The notes beneath the pieces were generated by a model, which was given only the letters and a program-made list of their open reading frames with translations, ran no database searches and had not been told where the DNA came from. Of a DNA stretch of 20,000 nt, positions 9,005 through 17,196 are shown piece after piece. Where the stretch lies: IMG/VR virus record IMGVR_UViG_3300025652_007805, positions 55,097 to 75,096 of that record, one strand, 5' to 3'. This DNA is from an uncultured virus (IMG/VR IMGVR_UViG_3300025652_007805). Its lineage: Duplodnaviria; Heunggongvirae; Uroviricota; Caudoviricetes. A program made the translations under genes and the position numbers. Each line of letters opens with the position of its first letter. Positions within the stretch are counted from its first letter, which is position 1.

Positions 9005-9798
9005 TTTCTCATTCCATCATAAACTGTCACTTTATATTTTTTGTTTTCTTTTAAAATCATATCAAAGAAATCAATATCTAAATTTAATTTTTGAACCAAC
9101 TTTGCAATTGCAAGAGTATCTTTTGGCAAACAGACTCCCCCAAAACCTCTAAAATTATCATTGCACTGTAGATAAGAATCATTTATATGTTCTCTTAGAA
9201 CCAATGAATTTTTTATCTTACTGTAGGAGATATCTAAATTCTTACATAATTCGTAAAAACTATTAGCTAATGTTATCAATGTGGCATTATAAATATTGTT
9301 ATAATATTTGACTGTTTCTGCTTCTGTTCTGCTTAACATACGAAAGTTCTTAGGATAATGCCCATGAGTTTCTTTAACCTTGTTAAAAACAATCTCAGAG
9401 TCAGTACCTATAACACACAAATCGTGATTTTCTATAAAATCAATTACAGCACACCTTTCTCTTAAGAATTCAGGAACAAAACAAATTGTCAATTCAGGAT
9501 ATTGCTGGGATAGTTTTTCTGTTGTTCCAGGCATAACTGTTGACTTTACAGCTATAATTCCTTTATAGTTGTTTTCGCTGAGATTACGAACCGATTCCTC
9601 TACAATTGTAACATCGCAAAACCCTTCGTCATCTGGTGGAGTTGGGACGCATAAAAAACATACTTCTGTATTTAAAACGTCTCTAAACTCACTACCTTTT
9701 ATAACCGGGTCATAAAAACTTACATTGTGTCCTAATTCTAGAAAACCACTATGTACTGCTCCTCCAACAACCCCTAATCCTAAAATTCCTATTTTCAT
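9001..9798 (-). CDS. ugd: UDP-glucose/GDP-mannose dehydrogenase family protein, short form lacking the C-terminal domain
   Basis: Motifs IGILGLGVVG, CVPTP, KSTVMPGTT, PEFLRE, AETVKY..N and GFGGVCLPKD (catalytic Cys); only 265 aa. Confidence 0.8.
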   Translation of the reverse strand: MKIGILGLGVVGGAVHSGFLELGHNVSFYDPVIKGSEFRDVLNTEVCFLCVPTPPDDEGFCDVTIVEESVRNLSENNYKGIIAVKSTVMPGTTEKLSQQYPELTICFVPEFLRERCAVIDFIENHDLCVIGTDSEIVFNKVKETHGHYPKNFRMLSRTEAETVKYYNNIYNATLITLANSFYELCKNLDISYSKIKNSLVLREHINDSYLQCNDNFRGFGGVCLPKDTLAIAKLVQKLNLDIDFFDMILKENKKYKVTVYDGMRK

Positions 9799-10385
9799 TT
9801 AAAAATCTCCATTTTTCTTAAATCAGGCCAATCATTCAAAGACCATTGTCTTGGAGTGGCGGCTATTGCTTTAGGTAATTTTTCCATACCCATTTTGGCC
9901 ACTTCTGGTGTCATATAATAATGATAACCCATAGTTGATATATTTTGTTCTGCCCAGGGAATATCGGGTAACCTTCCATCATAAGACATTTTTTTTAAAT
10001 TTTTATAATCTTCAAGATTTTGACACAGTATAACACCGCCTCTTCCAAGACTTAAATGTTTTCTAAATTGAAAACTAATGCACATAAAGGTGTTTTCAAT
10101 ATAGCTATTTTTTTTCCAAAGCACAGCAGCGTCTATAATATTTGTTTCTCCAATATAATAATAATCCTTCCAATTTTCTTCTTTCCAGCCTAACTCGATT
10201 CCTAATTTTTTAGACAATAGTGGAATAGAAATATAAGTTTGAGTCGGTACTATCATTTTTTTTACATTTTTATATCTAAGACAAAGTTCTATACCATGTG
10301 TACAACAATCAACTGCTACAGCATATGGAGAACCGAAGAATTCAGATATTTTATCCTCAAATTCGCTTACAATTTCAAAACTCAT
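9795..10385 (-). CDS. DegT/DnrJ/EryC1/StrS-family sugar aminotransferase, short form
   Basis: Motifs FE..ISEFFGSPYAVAVDCCTHGI, IIDAA, SFQFRKHLSLGRGG (PLP lysine) and GYHYYM; 196 aa. Confidence 0.8.
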   Translation of the reverse strand: MSFEIVSEFEDKISEFFGSPYAVAVDCCTHGIELCLRYKNVKKMIVPTQTYISIPLLSKKLGIELGWKEENWKDYYYIGETNIIDAAVLWKKNSYIENTFMCISFQFRKHLSLGRGGVILCQNLEDYKNLKKMSYDGRLPDIPWAEQNISTMGYHYYMTPEVAKMGMEKLPKAIAATPRQWSLNDWPDLRKMEIFK

Positions 10386-10924
10386 TTTTTACACTCAACA
10401 TTAAGGCTCATTAGTGTTCCCTTATCTTTATCCATATGTGGTAAATAAGCTTGTGAATGGTCATCAAAATCACAATGACTAGTTTCTCTCCAATCATAAT
10501 ATTGAACATCTTTAAACATATTTTCTTGCAATACTTTTCTCAAAGACTCAAAATCATAAGTTGTTTTATGATATATTTTTTGTTTTCCCATATTCATTCT
10601 TCCATATAATAATCCAACAAATCTATCTAAAGGATATTTTTCTTCTGTATATAATCTGGATATTTCTAAAAAATTAGGAACAGCTATCCTTAAAATCCCA
10701 CCAGGCTTTAGCACCCTTCTCCATTCTTTTAATAGACTTGGTATTTCTTGTCTATCAAAATACTCAATAACATGAGAAGCATATATTAAGTCCACTGAAT
10801 TATTATCAAATTGTTGCAAATCTATAATTGAAACATAATCTAAATGATCATACTCGCCTGAGTCTATATGAACCCAGTCTTTGCCAAAATCTCTCCAGCC
10901 ACAGCCCATATTTATTTTTATCAT
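10382..10924 (-). CDS. Class I SAM-dependent methyltransferase
   Basis: Motifs INMGCG, DNNSVDLIYASHVIEY and EWRRVLKPGGILRIAVP. Confidence 0.85.
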   Translation of the reverse strand: MIKINMGCGWRDFGKDWVHIDSGEYDHLDYVSIIDLQQFDNNSVDLIYASHVIEYFDRQEIPSLLKEWRRVLKPGGILRIAVPNFLEISRLYTEEKYPLDRFVGLLYGRMNMGKQKIYHKTTYDFESLRKVLQENMFKDVQYYDWRETSHCDFDDHSQAYLPHMDKDKGTLMSLNVECKK

Positions 10925-11331
10925 ATAAACCTCTTATCTAATTCTTGTCCTTCGTATGGCCCTGTTTTATATTCATACACAATGGTATCTTCTTCTAATA
11001 TTTCATAAGTATGGCCGCCATATAAAGTATAACTAGCGTCTCCCGCTTCTAATATGGGCGTTGCGATTATCGTATTATCTATGTCATACATTATACACTT
11101 AACTCTCCCTTTCACAACTATCCATGATTCTTGAGCTATCTGTTCATTATAATGTCTTTCTTTTTTTATGTGATAATGGGCAGGAAATTTTTTTCCATTT
11201 TTAAGCTTTAATGTTGCACACTGTAGAAAATTATTTTCTGGTATTACTTCTGTTCTTCCTTCTATATCTTCTAAACGATTAACAATATGAAGTAATAATT
11301 CAGGGTTTACTTTAGAATATATTTTTAACAA
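10921..11331 (-). CDS. WbuC-like cupin-fold metalloprotein
   Basis: TTG start. Motifs PAHYH, QESWIVVKG, LEAGD, GGHTYEILE and YEYKTGPY. Confidence 0.7.
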   Translation of the reverse strand: MLKIYSKVNPELLLHIVNRLEDIEGRTEVIPENNFLQCATLKLKNGKKFPAHYHIKKERHYNEQIAQESWIVVKGRVKCIMYDIDNTIIATPILEAGDASYTLYGGHTYEILEEDTIVYEYKTGPYEGQELDKRFI

Positions 11332-12017
11332 TTGAGAGCCTCTTTAATGGACATTCTTTTGAAACCCCTCAAAGTAGTTATTGGGCTACAATTTATCATT
11401 TCTATGCCTTCGTGTGCGGCGCGATATGCAAACATGTTCCAAGTTGGTTTGTGAAAATCTTGACCTCTAGGGACGTTATACTTATCACCTTCTTGTTGGT
11501 AATCATCAAACCAGTAATTTGGATTTTTATCAGGAGTTTTTGACATTTTCAAAGAACTTCCTTCTTTTTCACAACCATCGACAAATTCAACATAATTGCA
11601 GTCAACACCCAATAAAATAATTTTTTTATACCCCAAGCAAACACCAACAGAACAAGCATTCGCTCCACTGTTTCCATTATCATGAAATTTTTTAAAATCT
11701 TTTTCTGTATTGTTACACCTGTTTGTACTACCATATGGAAGCAAATTTATAAAAGTGAAGTTTTTCTTATCACTAATGTTTCTAATATAAAAGTGTCTTT
11801 TTATTTTGCCACTATTGATTAAATTTTGAAATGACTCAGTATGATTGTCTGTTACAATATAATCAAAACAACCATGATATGTTGGCCACCAGTTTAATCT
11901 CTCATAGGCTCTATATGCAGAATTTAAGCCAAAAGTATCGTGTCCCTTCAGCATATCAAAATCAACTTGAGCCAATGAAGGTCCATTTCCCATTAAAATT
12001 AAAGTTTTATTTTTCAT
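11325..12017 (-). CDS. CstII/GT42- or Maf/DUF115-fold putative glycosyltransferase (CMP-sugar-dependent type)
   Basis: Start reassigned to the ATG at 12017. LILMGNGPSLAQVDF...DTFGLN and SGANACSVGVCLGYKKIILLGVD match the GNGPSL and LGYKxIxLxGxD motifs of the CstII/Maf fold. Confidence 0.7.
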   Translation of the reverse strand: MKNKTLILMGNGPSLAQVDFDMLKGHDTFGLNSAYRAYERLNWWPTYHGCFDYIVTDNHTESFQNLINSGKIKRHFYIRNISDKKNFTFINLLPYGSTNRCNNTEKDFKKFHDNGNSGANACSVGVCLGYKKIILLGVDCNYVEFVDGCEKEGSSLKMSKTPDKNPNYWFDDYQQEGDKYNVPRGQDFHKPTWNMFAYRAAHEGIEMINCSPITTLRGFKRMSIKEALNC

Positions 12018-12858
12018 AATAGTTCCAAAAAATCTCAGTCCTTTTTGAAAGATATTCATAACACTTTTGAGGAGTTCTTGCGAACCATTCCTCTTTTTGG
12101 TGCTGCACATTATCATTTAAATGTAATTCGCAACCTAGTAGTTTGGCTTCTATACAAATCCTAGGACAAGTATCTCCACCAAGAGGTCGAAATATTAAAC
12201 CTTTAGATAGGGACATTTTTATTAATAATTCATGATATGGCAAGTTTTTTACTAACTCATATTTTAATTTATTATTTTTTGCATATTCAATACATTCTTT
12301 CGTTCCTTTAATCCATGAATCTGATTCTAGAATCAAAAATGTATTGTTTTTTTCATTATCTTTAATGCTCTGAATAAATCTCAGATCACCTGTTGAAAAT
12401 ACAGAAGATAAAACCTCACAAGATTCTTTTTTTATAGTCTTCACATTTTTTAAAAATATATCTCTTTGAACTTCACTCATAAACCATATTTTTTTAGCAT
12501 ATCCATAAAAAATAAGATTAATCTTGGAACCCTCTTTATCCATACAATCGCAATCGGTTTTTTCTAAAAAAATATGTTTATCAAGAGATCTATATTTACA
12601 AAATTTATAATCATATTCAATAATAGAATAGCTTAATTTTTTTGCTATTAGTAATTTATTCTTCTTTGTAAGCGCAGAAAAATTACATATAAACCAGTGA
12701 GAATCTTTGAAATTTTCAATTTGTTGTTCTAAGAGATTTTCGCAATTTATTTTTATTATATTATTGGAATAAGGCTCTATAATTGATTCTGTTGTAAGTT
12801 CTGCGCCTCCTGTATACTGATTTGAAAATAAATCAGCCACAAAAACAAAAGGCTTCAT
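12007..12858 (-). CDS. Putative GT-B fold glycosyltransferase
   Basis: Motifs GGAELT, EYDYKFC, WIKG and F.P...DTCPRICIEAKLLGC (GT4-like donor-binding segment). Confidence 0.6.
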   Translation of the reverse strand: MKPFVFVADLFSNQYTGGAELTTESIIEPYSNNIIKINCENLLEQQIENFKDSHWFICNFSALTKKNKLLIAKKLSYSIIEYDYKFCKYRSLDKHIFLEKTDCDCMDKEGSKINLIFYGYAKKIWFMSEVQRDIFLKNVKTIKKESCEVLSSVFSTGDLRFIQSIKDNEKNNTFLILESDSWIKGTKECIEYAKNNKLKYELVKNLPYHELLIKMSLSKGLIFRPLGGDTCPRICIEAKLLGCELHLNDNVQHQKEEWFARTPQKCYEYLSKRTEIFWNYYEK

Positions 12859-14099
12859 AAAAGATCTCCTAGTAGGTCATCAATCTCTTCTTGCATTTTT
12901 ATCTGTTCTTCTTCATTGTAAAATTGTTTACAAAATATGTCAAATAATTTTTCATCAGAAAAATCTTGATCAATGAGTTTTTTTAAACTTTCAGCAGTTT
13001 TCTTTGCTTTATTCCAATTTTTGTATGTTTTTCTTAATGTCATTTTATAGGAGCCTTGATCTGGGTATGCCCACATTGACTCTTCCTCTAAAACTCCAGG
13101 CCAAACTGCTCCCTTTTGTATTGGTTTTAATTCAAAATCTACATTTTGAAAATACTTTTTGCCCTGGTATTGTAAGAAGTCTTGTTGCCCACTCCACCCT
13201 ATAGTTATAATGGGTAAACCCTCTCTAGCTGCTTCAAATAAAGGTAACCCAAACCCCTCTCCATGGGCGATATTGATCATTGTTTTTATTTTTGGATGAG
13301 TATAAAGACCTGTCATTTGCCCAGAAGTTAAGTCTCCATGTAGTAAATAAATTTTACATTTTCTATCTGGGTATTTTGATAAGATTTGTTTAAGACTTGC
13401 TTGAGTTGAGTTCAAATCAAGCTTAGAGTTATTCTTTACATTTGCTTTTATTACAAGACCAACTTCTTGATCAATAAATTCTTCAACCCACCATGAAATG
13501 GCATTAACAAAATTCTTTCTTGGTCCCATTTGAGATATCATTAAAAAATTATAATTTGTTTCTGGATTAAAGCCAGGAATTGTTTCGGGCTCGCTCCTTG
13601 GTGTATTTTCCCAAACTACCTCAATTGGAGTATTTAATTTATATTCAATTTGTTGATTGTTTTGTGTATTTGTCGCCATAACTGTTGTTTCTTTATATAC
13701 TTTTTTTGCATGATTTGAAACAACAAGAATCTTATCAACCTCTTCATTACCTTTTTGAAGCCACTGTGGTGCTACTTTTGTGGTTTCAATACCAGCGGTA
13801 TAACCAATATTTACCGGAGCTATTTTTTTAAATTCATTTGGAATTGTAATTTGCAAAGATATATCAGCTTGAAGTTGCTTCTTATGAATCAAAACTTGAG
13901 TAAGAGTAATTTTTTGATCCATCCATTGTCTAAATTCATCATTTTTCCAAATCCACCCTGTTTGTCCCCAAGCAGTTGGTTGAATAAAAATATCAAATAA
14001 ATCCTCTCTTGATCGGAGAGCACGAAGGGCAAAACGAGATTGTTCGCCATAGCCTGATTGTGAGAGGACTGGGCCTCTTACAAAGATTTTCTTTTTCAT
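12855..14099 (-). CDS. GT4-family glycosyltransferase
   Basis: Motifs SGYG, AGIETT, RKNF and HGEGFGLPLFEAA..GLPII..GWSG. Confidence 0.85.
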   Translation of the reverse strand: MKKKIFVRGPVLSQSGYGEQSRFALRALRSREDLFDIFIQPTAWGQTGWIWKNDEFRQWMDQKITLTQVLIHKKQLQADISLQITIPNEFKKIAPVNIGYTAGIETTKVAPQWLQKGNEEVDKILVVSNHAKKVYKETTVMATNTQNNQQIEYKLNTPIEVVWENTPRSEPETIPGFNPETNYNFLMISQMGPRKNFVNAISWWVEEFIDQEVGLVIKANVKNNSKLDLNSTQASLKQILSKYPDRKCKIYLLHGDLTSGQMTGLYTHPKIKTMINIAHGEGFGLPLFEAAREGLPIITIGWSGQQDFLQYQGKKYFQNVDFELKPIQKGAVWPGVLEEESMWAYPDQGSYKMTLRKTYKNWNKAKKTAESLKKLIDQDFSDEKLFDIFCKQFYNEEEQIKMQEEIDDLLGDLL

Positions 14100-15361
14100 G
14101 CTACTTCTCCAAAATAAATTCCATTATAGTCTTTTCTATCTTCCCAGGAGCCGTGCTTTTCCATAACTGAGTCCATTAAATCTGTCCATTGTTTATTAAA
14201 TGTTTCAAAGTTGTAGTTATTAAGAACATGATCACGACCTTTATTGCCCATCGCTCTACGGGATTCAGGCGTCATATAATACATTTTAGTCAAAGCGTTC
14301 ATAAATTGATTCTTGTCAAGCCTATCTTCATAAATATATGGAACCTCTTGTGATCCGATAATTGATTTTGAGGAAGGCTTAAGACCGACTCCAAACCATT
14401 CTGAGCCGTTTGTAACTTGTTCTTGAAGGCCGCCGGTCATATTAACAATAATTGGAGTACCACAAGATAGCGATTCCAATGTTGCTAGTCCAAAACCTTC
14501 AGCATCAGAAATATTAATTGTACAATCTGCCATATTATACATGGCTGATAGATCGTTTGAGGTCACTTTAGTCGTTGAGAATAAAACTTGATTTTGTTTT
14601 AATCCCAGGTTTTCAATAATATGCGTTAAATCTTGCCCATGAGGATCTTTAGGGTCCGTATGCATAATAAGTTGTGCTTTTTCATGTAGATTGTTTTTAT
14701 CTAACCATTCTTTGAACCAAAAAATTAGTGTACCTGATTGTTTGCGGCGGGCATTTCTATTATTCCAGAAAAAAACAAATTTCTCTCTATCTTGGGGATT
14801 GAGTGTTGAACTTCTAATGTTCTCTATTTGTTCTATAGAAAGTGGTTTAAATATTTCACCATTAACTGCGTGAGGAACATAGGTGCAATCTACTTCAGGT
14901 GCCACAGTTCTTACAATATCATCAGAAACTTTAGAAATAGTTGCAATGTGATCATTGCAAGCATAATATCTCTTGTTAAATTGAGGATATGGGTAATTAT
15001 CCCATACATGATAATAAACAATTGGACACAATGGTCTAATTTCGTTTTCCATTGACCACAGCCAGCCCCAAAACCTTGGATCAGTCATAATCCAAATAGC
15101 ATCAACTTTTTCAGTTCTCAAGATAGATCTAATCATTTCTTGTGTGCCATAACCGTCAACGGGAATAATTCTCCAGTCTTGGTCATATGGTTCAACGGCT
15201 ATAGGGTTATAATTTTGGTGTTTAATAGCACCACCAAGCGATATAATAGAATACCTCCCGGTTTTTAGTAGAGCCTCACAAACATACTTTGTTTGAGTTC
15301 CTACACCGGAAGGTGAGAGTGGGTGATCCGATAAAGTAAGGATCTTCTTTTTAGTAGACAA
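14096..15361 (-). CDS. GT4-family glycosyltransferase
   Basis: TTG start with SD GAGG. Motifs SGVGTQ, VPHAV, NRNARRK and EGFGLATLESLSCGTPII...TGGLQEQV. Confidence 0.88.
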   Translation of the reverse strand: MSTKKKILTLSDHPLSPSGVGTQTKYVCEALLKTGRYSIISLGGAIKHQNYNPIAVEPYDQDWRIIPVDGYGTQEMIRSILRTEKVDAIWIMTDPRFWGWLWSMENEIRPLCPIVYYHVWDNYPYPQFNKRYYACNDHIATISKVSDDIVRTVAPEVDCTYVPHAVNGEIFKPLSIEQIENIRSSTLNPQDREKFVFFWNNRNARRKQSGTLIFWFKEWLDKNNLHEKAQLIMHTDPKDPHGQDLTHIIENLGLKQNQVLFSTTKVTSNDLSAMYNMADCTINISDAEGFGLATLESLSCGTPIIVNMTGGLQEQVTNGSEWFGVGLKPSSKSIIGSQEVPYIYEDRLDKNQFMNALTKMYYMTPESRRAMGNKGRDHVLNNYNFETFNKQWTDLMDSVMEKHGSWEDRKDYNGIYFGEVA

Positions 15362-15381
15362 ATTAACCTCGTTTTCATTAT

Positions 15382-15410
15382 ATTATAACAGGTTAAAATT
15401 TATTTGTCAA
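15382..15410 (-). promoter_or_regulatory. Perfect sigma70-type promoter (TTGACA-17bp-TATAAT, with extended -10 TG) heading the glycan operon
   Basis: The minus strand reads TTGACA aataaattttaacctgt TATAAT, with A-tracts upstream. SD GAGG and the TTG start (15361) follow immediately downstream. Confidence 0.85.
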
Positions 15411-15696
15411 GGGGTTTTTTTACCTTTTTTATAGAAAGAGAACCACAGTCTTTAATATCGTCTCCAATTTGAATTTTATAAATTCTACATCCAAGGTGAT
15501 AAAGAATGTGATTTTTGTTTTCTGATACTCCGATAATGATTCCAAGTTCTTTCTGATATGTCTCCACTAAGTCTCCAATATTAAAATCTAAGTCTAATAC
15601 ATTAATGTGATCGGGGTGTATATCAATAGAAACTGTTCCTGCTGCAACATACAGACTCTCGTTTGTTGTGTATGTATAATAATCCTTCTTGCTCAT
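15400..15696 (-). CDS. Small hypothetical protein (possible SH3/KOW-like beta barrel)
   Basis: 98 aa, ATGA-coupled to the nuclease gene. The pattern FNIGDLV....LGIII...YKIQIG suggests a small beta barrel. Confidence 0.6.
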   Translation of the reverse strand: MSKKDYYTYTTNESLYVAAGTVSIDIHPDHINVLDLDFNIGDLVETYQKELGIIIGVSENKNHILYHLGCRIYKIQIGDDIKDCGSLSIKKVKKPLDK

Positions 15697-16460
15697 TTAC
15701 AGTGCTCTGTTTTTCTAAAATCACACCTGTCGCAAGATAACCGGTTCTTAAATTTTATTTGACGATTTATATTTGATAATGCTTTCAATAAAAGATCGTT
15801 AGCATTGCTTGTTTTACGAGGTCCAGAAGTTACCCTAAAAAATTCAACATTATCTGACTTTGCTGTTCTCTTCAAAAGAGCAAAATGTGTCTCTACCAAG
15901 CTTGGGTCAATATCATACTTCTGACAGAAGAATTTCTTATACAGGGTTAGTTGATATGTTGTAATTCTATCAGTTCTTCTCTCGGCATTCCAACCCCATG
16001 AGCAAGACTTCCAATCAACAATATGATATTTACCGTCTTCTGTTTTAGCAACGAAATCAATGAAGCCTTTGAAGTTATAATCAGCCTCTTCAAAATTTTC
16101 AATTTTTTCAAACAATCGCTCCTCAACGGACACAACTTCAAAATTTCCGAAGTAGGATTCAACCGCAGGGATCACTTCAGGAGAAATTCTATTGGCTTGT
16201 GACAACATTTCCATTACCAATTCAGGTTTAGAAACAGGAACTTTATTAAGTTCGGCTCTGAAAGCATGTTGAAAGTATTCTTCGTAGTCTTCTTCGGGCA
16301 ACTTACCAAGCAAAGCATTTTCACAAAGACTGTGAATAGCTCCTCCAAATGCCGTGTATTCATTACCGATAAATCCTTTGATTTTATCGATATACATAAG
16401 TTTGTGTTTAAAGGGACATTCAGACCAAATTTTAAGTTCTGAGAAAGATATATGAGGCAT
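15693..16460 (-). CDS. PD-(D/E)XK nuclease, Cas4/AddB/RecB-like, with a predicted 4Fe-4S cluster
   Basis: Start reassigned to the ATG at 16460 (MPHISFSE; GAAGG upstream). Motifs S.S...CP, G...H, E, GFID...IVDWKS, QLTLY and C-terminal CDRCDFRKTEHC. Confidence 0.85.
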   Translation of the reverse strand: MPHISFSELKIWSECPFKHKLMYIDKIKGFIGNEYTAFGGAIHSLCENALLGKLPEEDYEEYFQHAFRAELNKVPVSKPELVMEMLSQANRISPEVIPAVESYFGNFEVVSVEERLFEKIENFEEADYNFKGFIDFVAKTEDGKYHIVDWKSCSWGWNAERRTDRITTYQLTLYKKFFCQKYDIDPSLVETHFALLKRTAKSDNVEFFRVTSGPRKTSNANDLLLKALSNINRQIKFKNRLSCDRCDFRKTEHCK

Positions 16461-16461
16461 G

Positions 16462-17133
16462 TTAACCTTCCAAGTCAAAGAGTTCTTCTAATCTTACAAA
16501 TAAAGCGGGGCACAATTGTTTTACTGTTTTGTGGTCTCCTTGGACATAGTTTTCAAAACCGACAGCGAAGTATTCTCGCAGATCAGTCACAGAATATGGT
16601 GATATAAAGAGTCCTGTTATTAGGCTCCATAATAAACCATACCCAACTCCTCTATACAGATAATCGTCCATATCTTGATCAAATGCAACTTGAGTTTGCA
16701 TTTCAATTGGTGGGTTTTGACTCTCTGCTTTTAAAAGAAAATATAGTTTCTTTCTCTTACCAAGAAACTCACTCATAAGTTTGCCGTCAGAGTAAATTGA
16801 ATCCCCGTATCGCTCTTCTAAAGAGTGTGAGATTTCATGAACTATATCCTCTATAATATCTTGCTCGTCTTCTTGTTCGTTGGTTAAATAGATTGCACCC
16901 TTGTCGTATAGGGCACTAATTTCTCTATCATTAAGGAAATCAAACTGACCAACATAAATAATATCAATACCTGCTAAAAGGTATGATGGGATCCTACTTG
17001 CTACTAATCTTAAACAAAAATCAAAATCAATATCACTAGTAAATTTATCTTTTATGAAAACATCGATATCATGCAATTTATAATGATCCTTCAGTTCCTT
17101 GGATTTTTTAATTGACTCTTTAATCCATTTCAT
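16462..17133 (-). CDS. Hypothetical protein with an HExxH zinc-metallopeptidase (zincin) motif
   Basis: VHEISHSLE plus downstream Y....REYFAVGFE; SD GGAG upstream. Confidence 0.6.
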   Translation of the reverse strand: MKWIKESIKKSKELKDHYKLHDIDVFIKDKFTSDIDFDFCLRLVASRIPSYLLAGIDIIYVGQFDFLNDREISALYDKGAIYLTNEQEDEQDIIEDIVHEISHSLEERYGDSIYSDGKLMSEFLGKRKKLYFLLKAESQNPPIEMQTQVAFDQDMDDYLYRGVGYGLLWSLITGLFISPYSVTDLREYFAVGFENYVQGDHKTVKQLCPALFVRLEELFDLEG

Positions 17134-17154
17134 AAGTACAACTCCATTATCTTT

Positions 17155-17183
17155 ATTATACTACGATATAGTAACTATGTCAA
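17155..17183 (-). promoter_or_regulatory. Perfect sigma70-type promoter (TTGACA-17bp-TATAAT)
   Basis: The minus strand reads TTGACA tagttactatatcgtag TATAAT, followed by SD GGAG and the ATG at 17133. Confidence 0.85.
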
Positions 17184-17196
17184 GACAAATGAAGTT

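Noticed and set aside
9989..10263. Phase-variable homopolymer tracts in glycan genes
   Set aside because: Only A/T runs of about 7-8 nt, expected at this AT content. No long G/C tracts, and the frames are intact.
9001..10385. Pseudogene status for the short dehydrogenase and DegT genes
   Set aside because: Catalytic motifs are retained, stops are precisely coupled to the next start, and no missing-domain remnants follow.
11325..12017. Folate-pathway MptE (6-hydroxymethylpterin diphosphokinase) call
   Set aside because: It shares the GxGPSL fold, but the glycan-operon context and the two cytidylyltransferases favour a CMP-sugar transferase.
15693..16460. CRISPR-Cas locus suggested by the Cas4-like nuclease
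   Set aside because: There is no repeat-spacer array and no cas1, cas2 or effector gene, and almost no intergenic space.
2225..16478. Longest-ORF starts at 3244, 5005, 12116 and 16478
   Set aside because: They create long overlaps with upstream genes. Starts at 3151, 4966, 12017 and 16460 fit family N-termini, SD motifs and translational coupling better.
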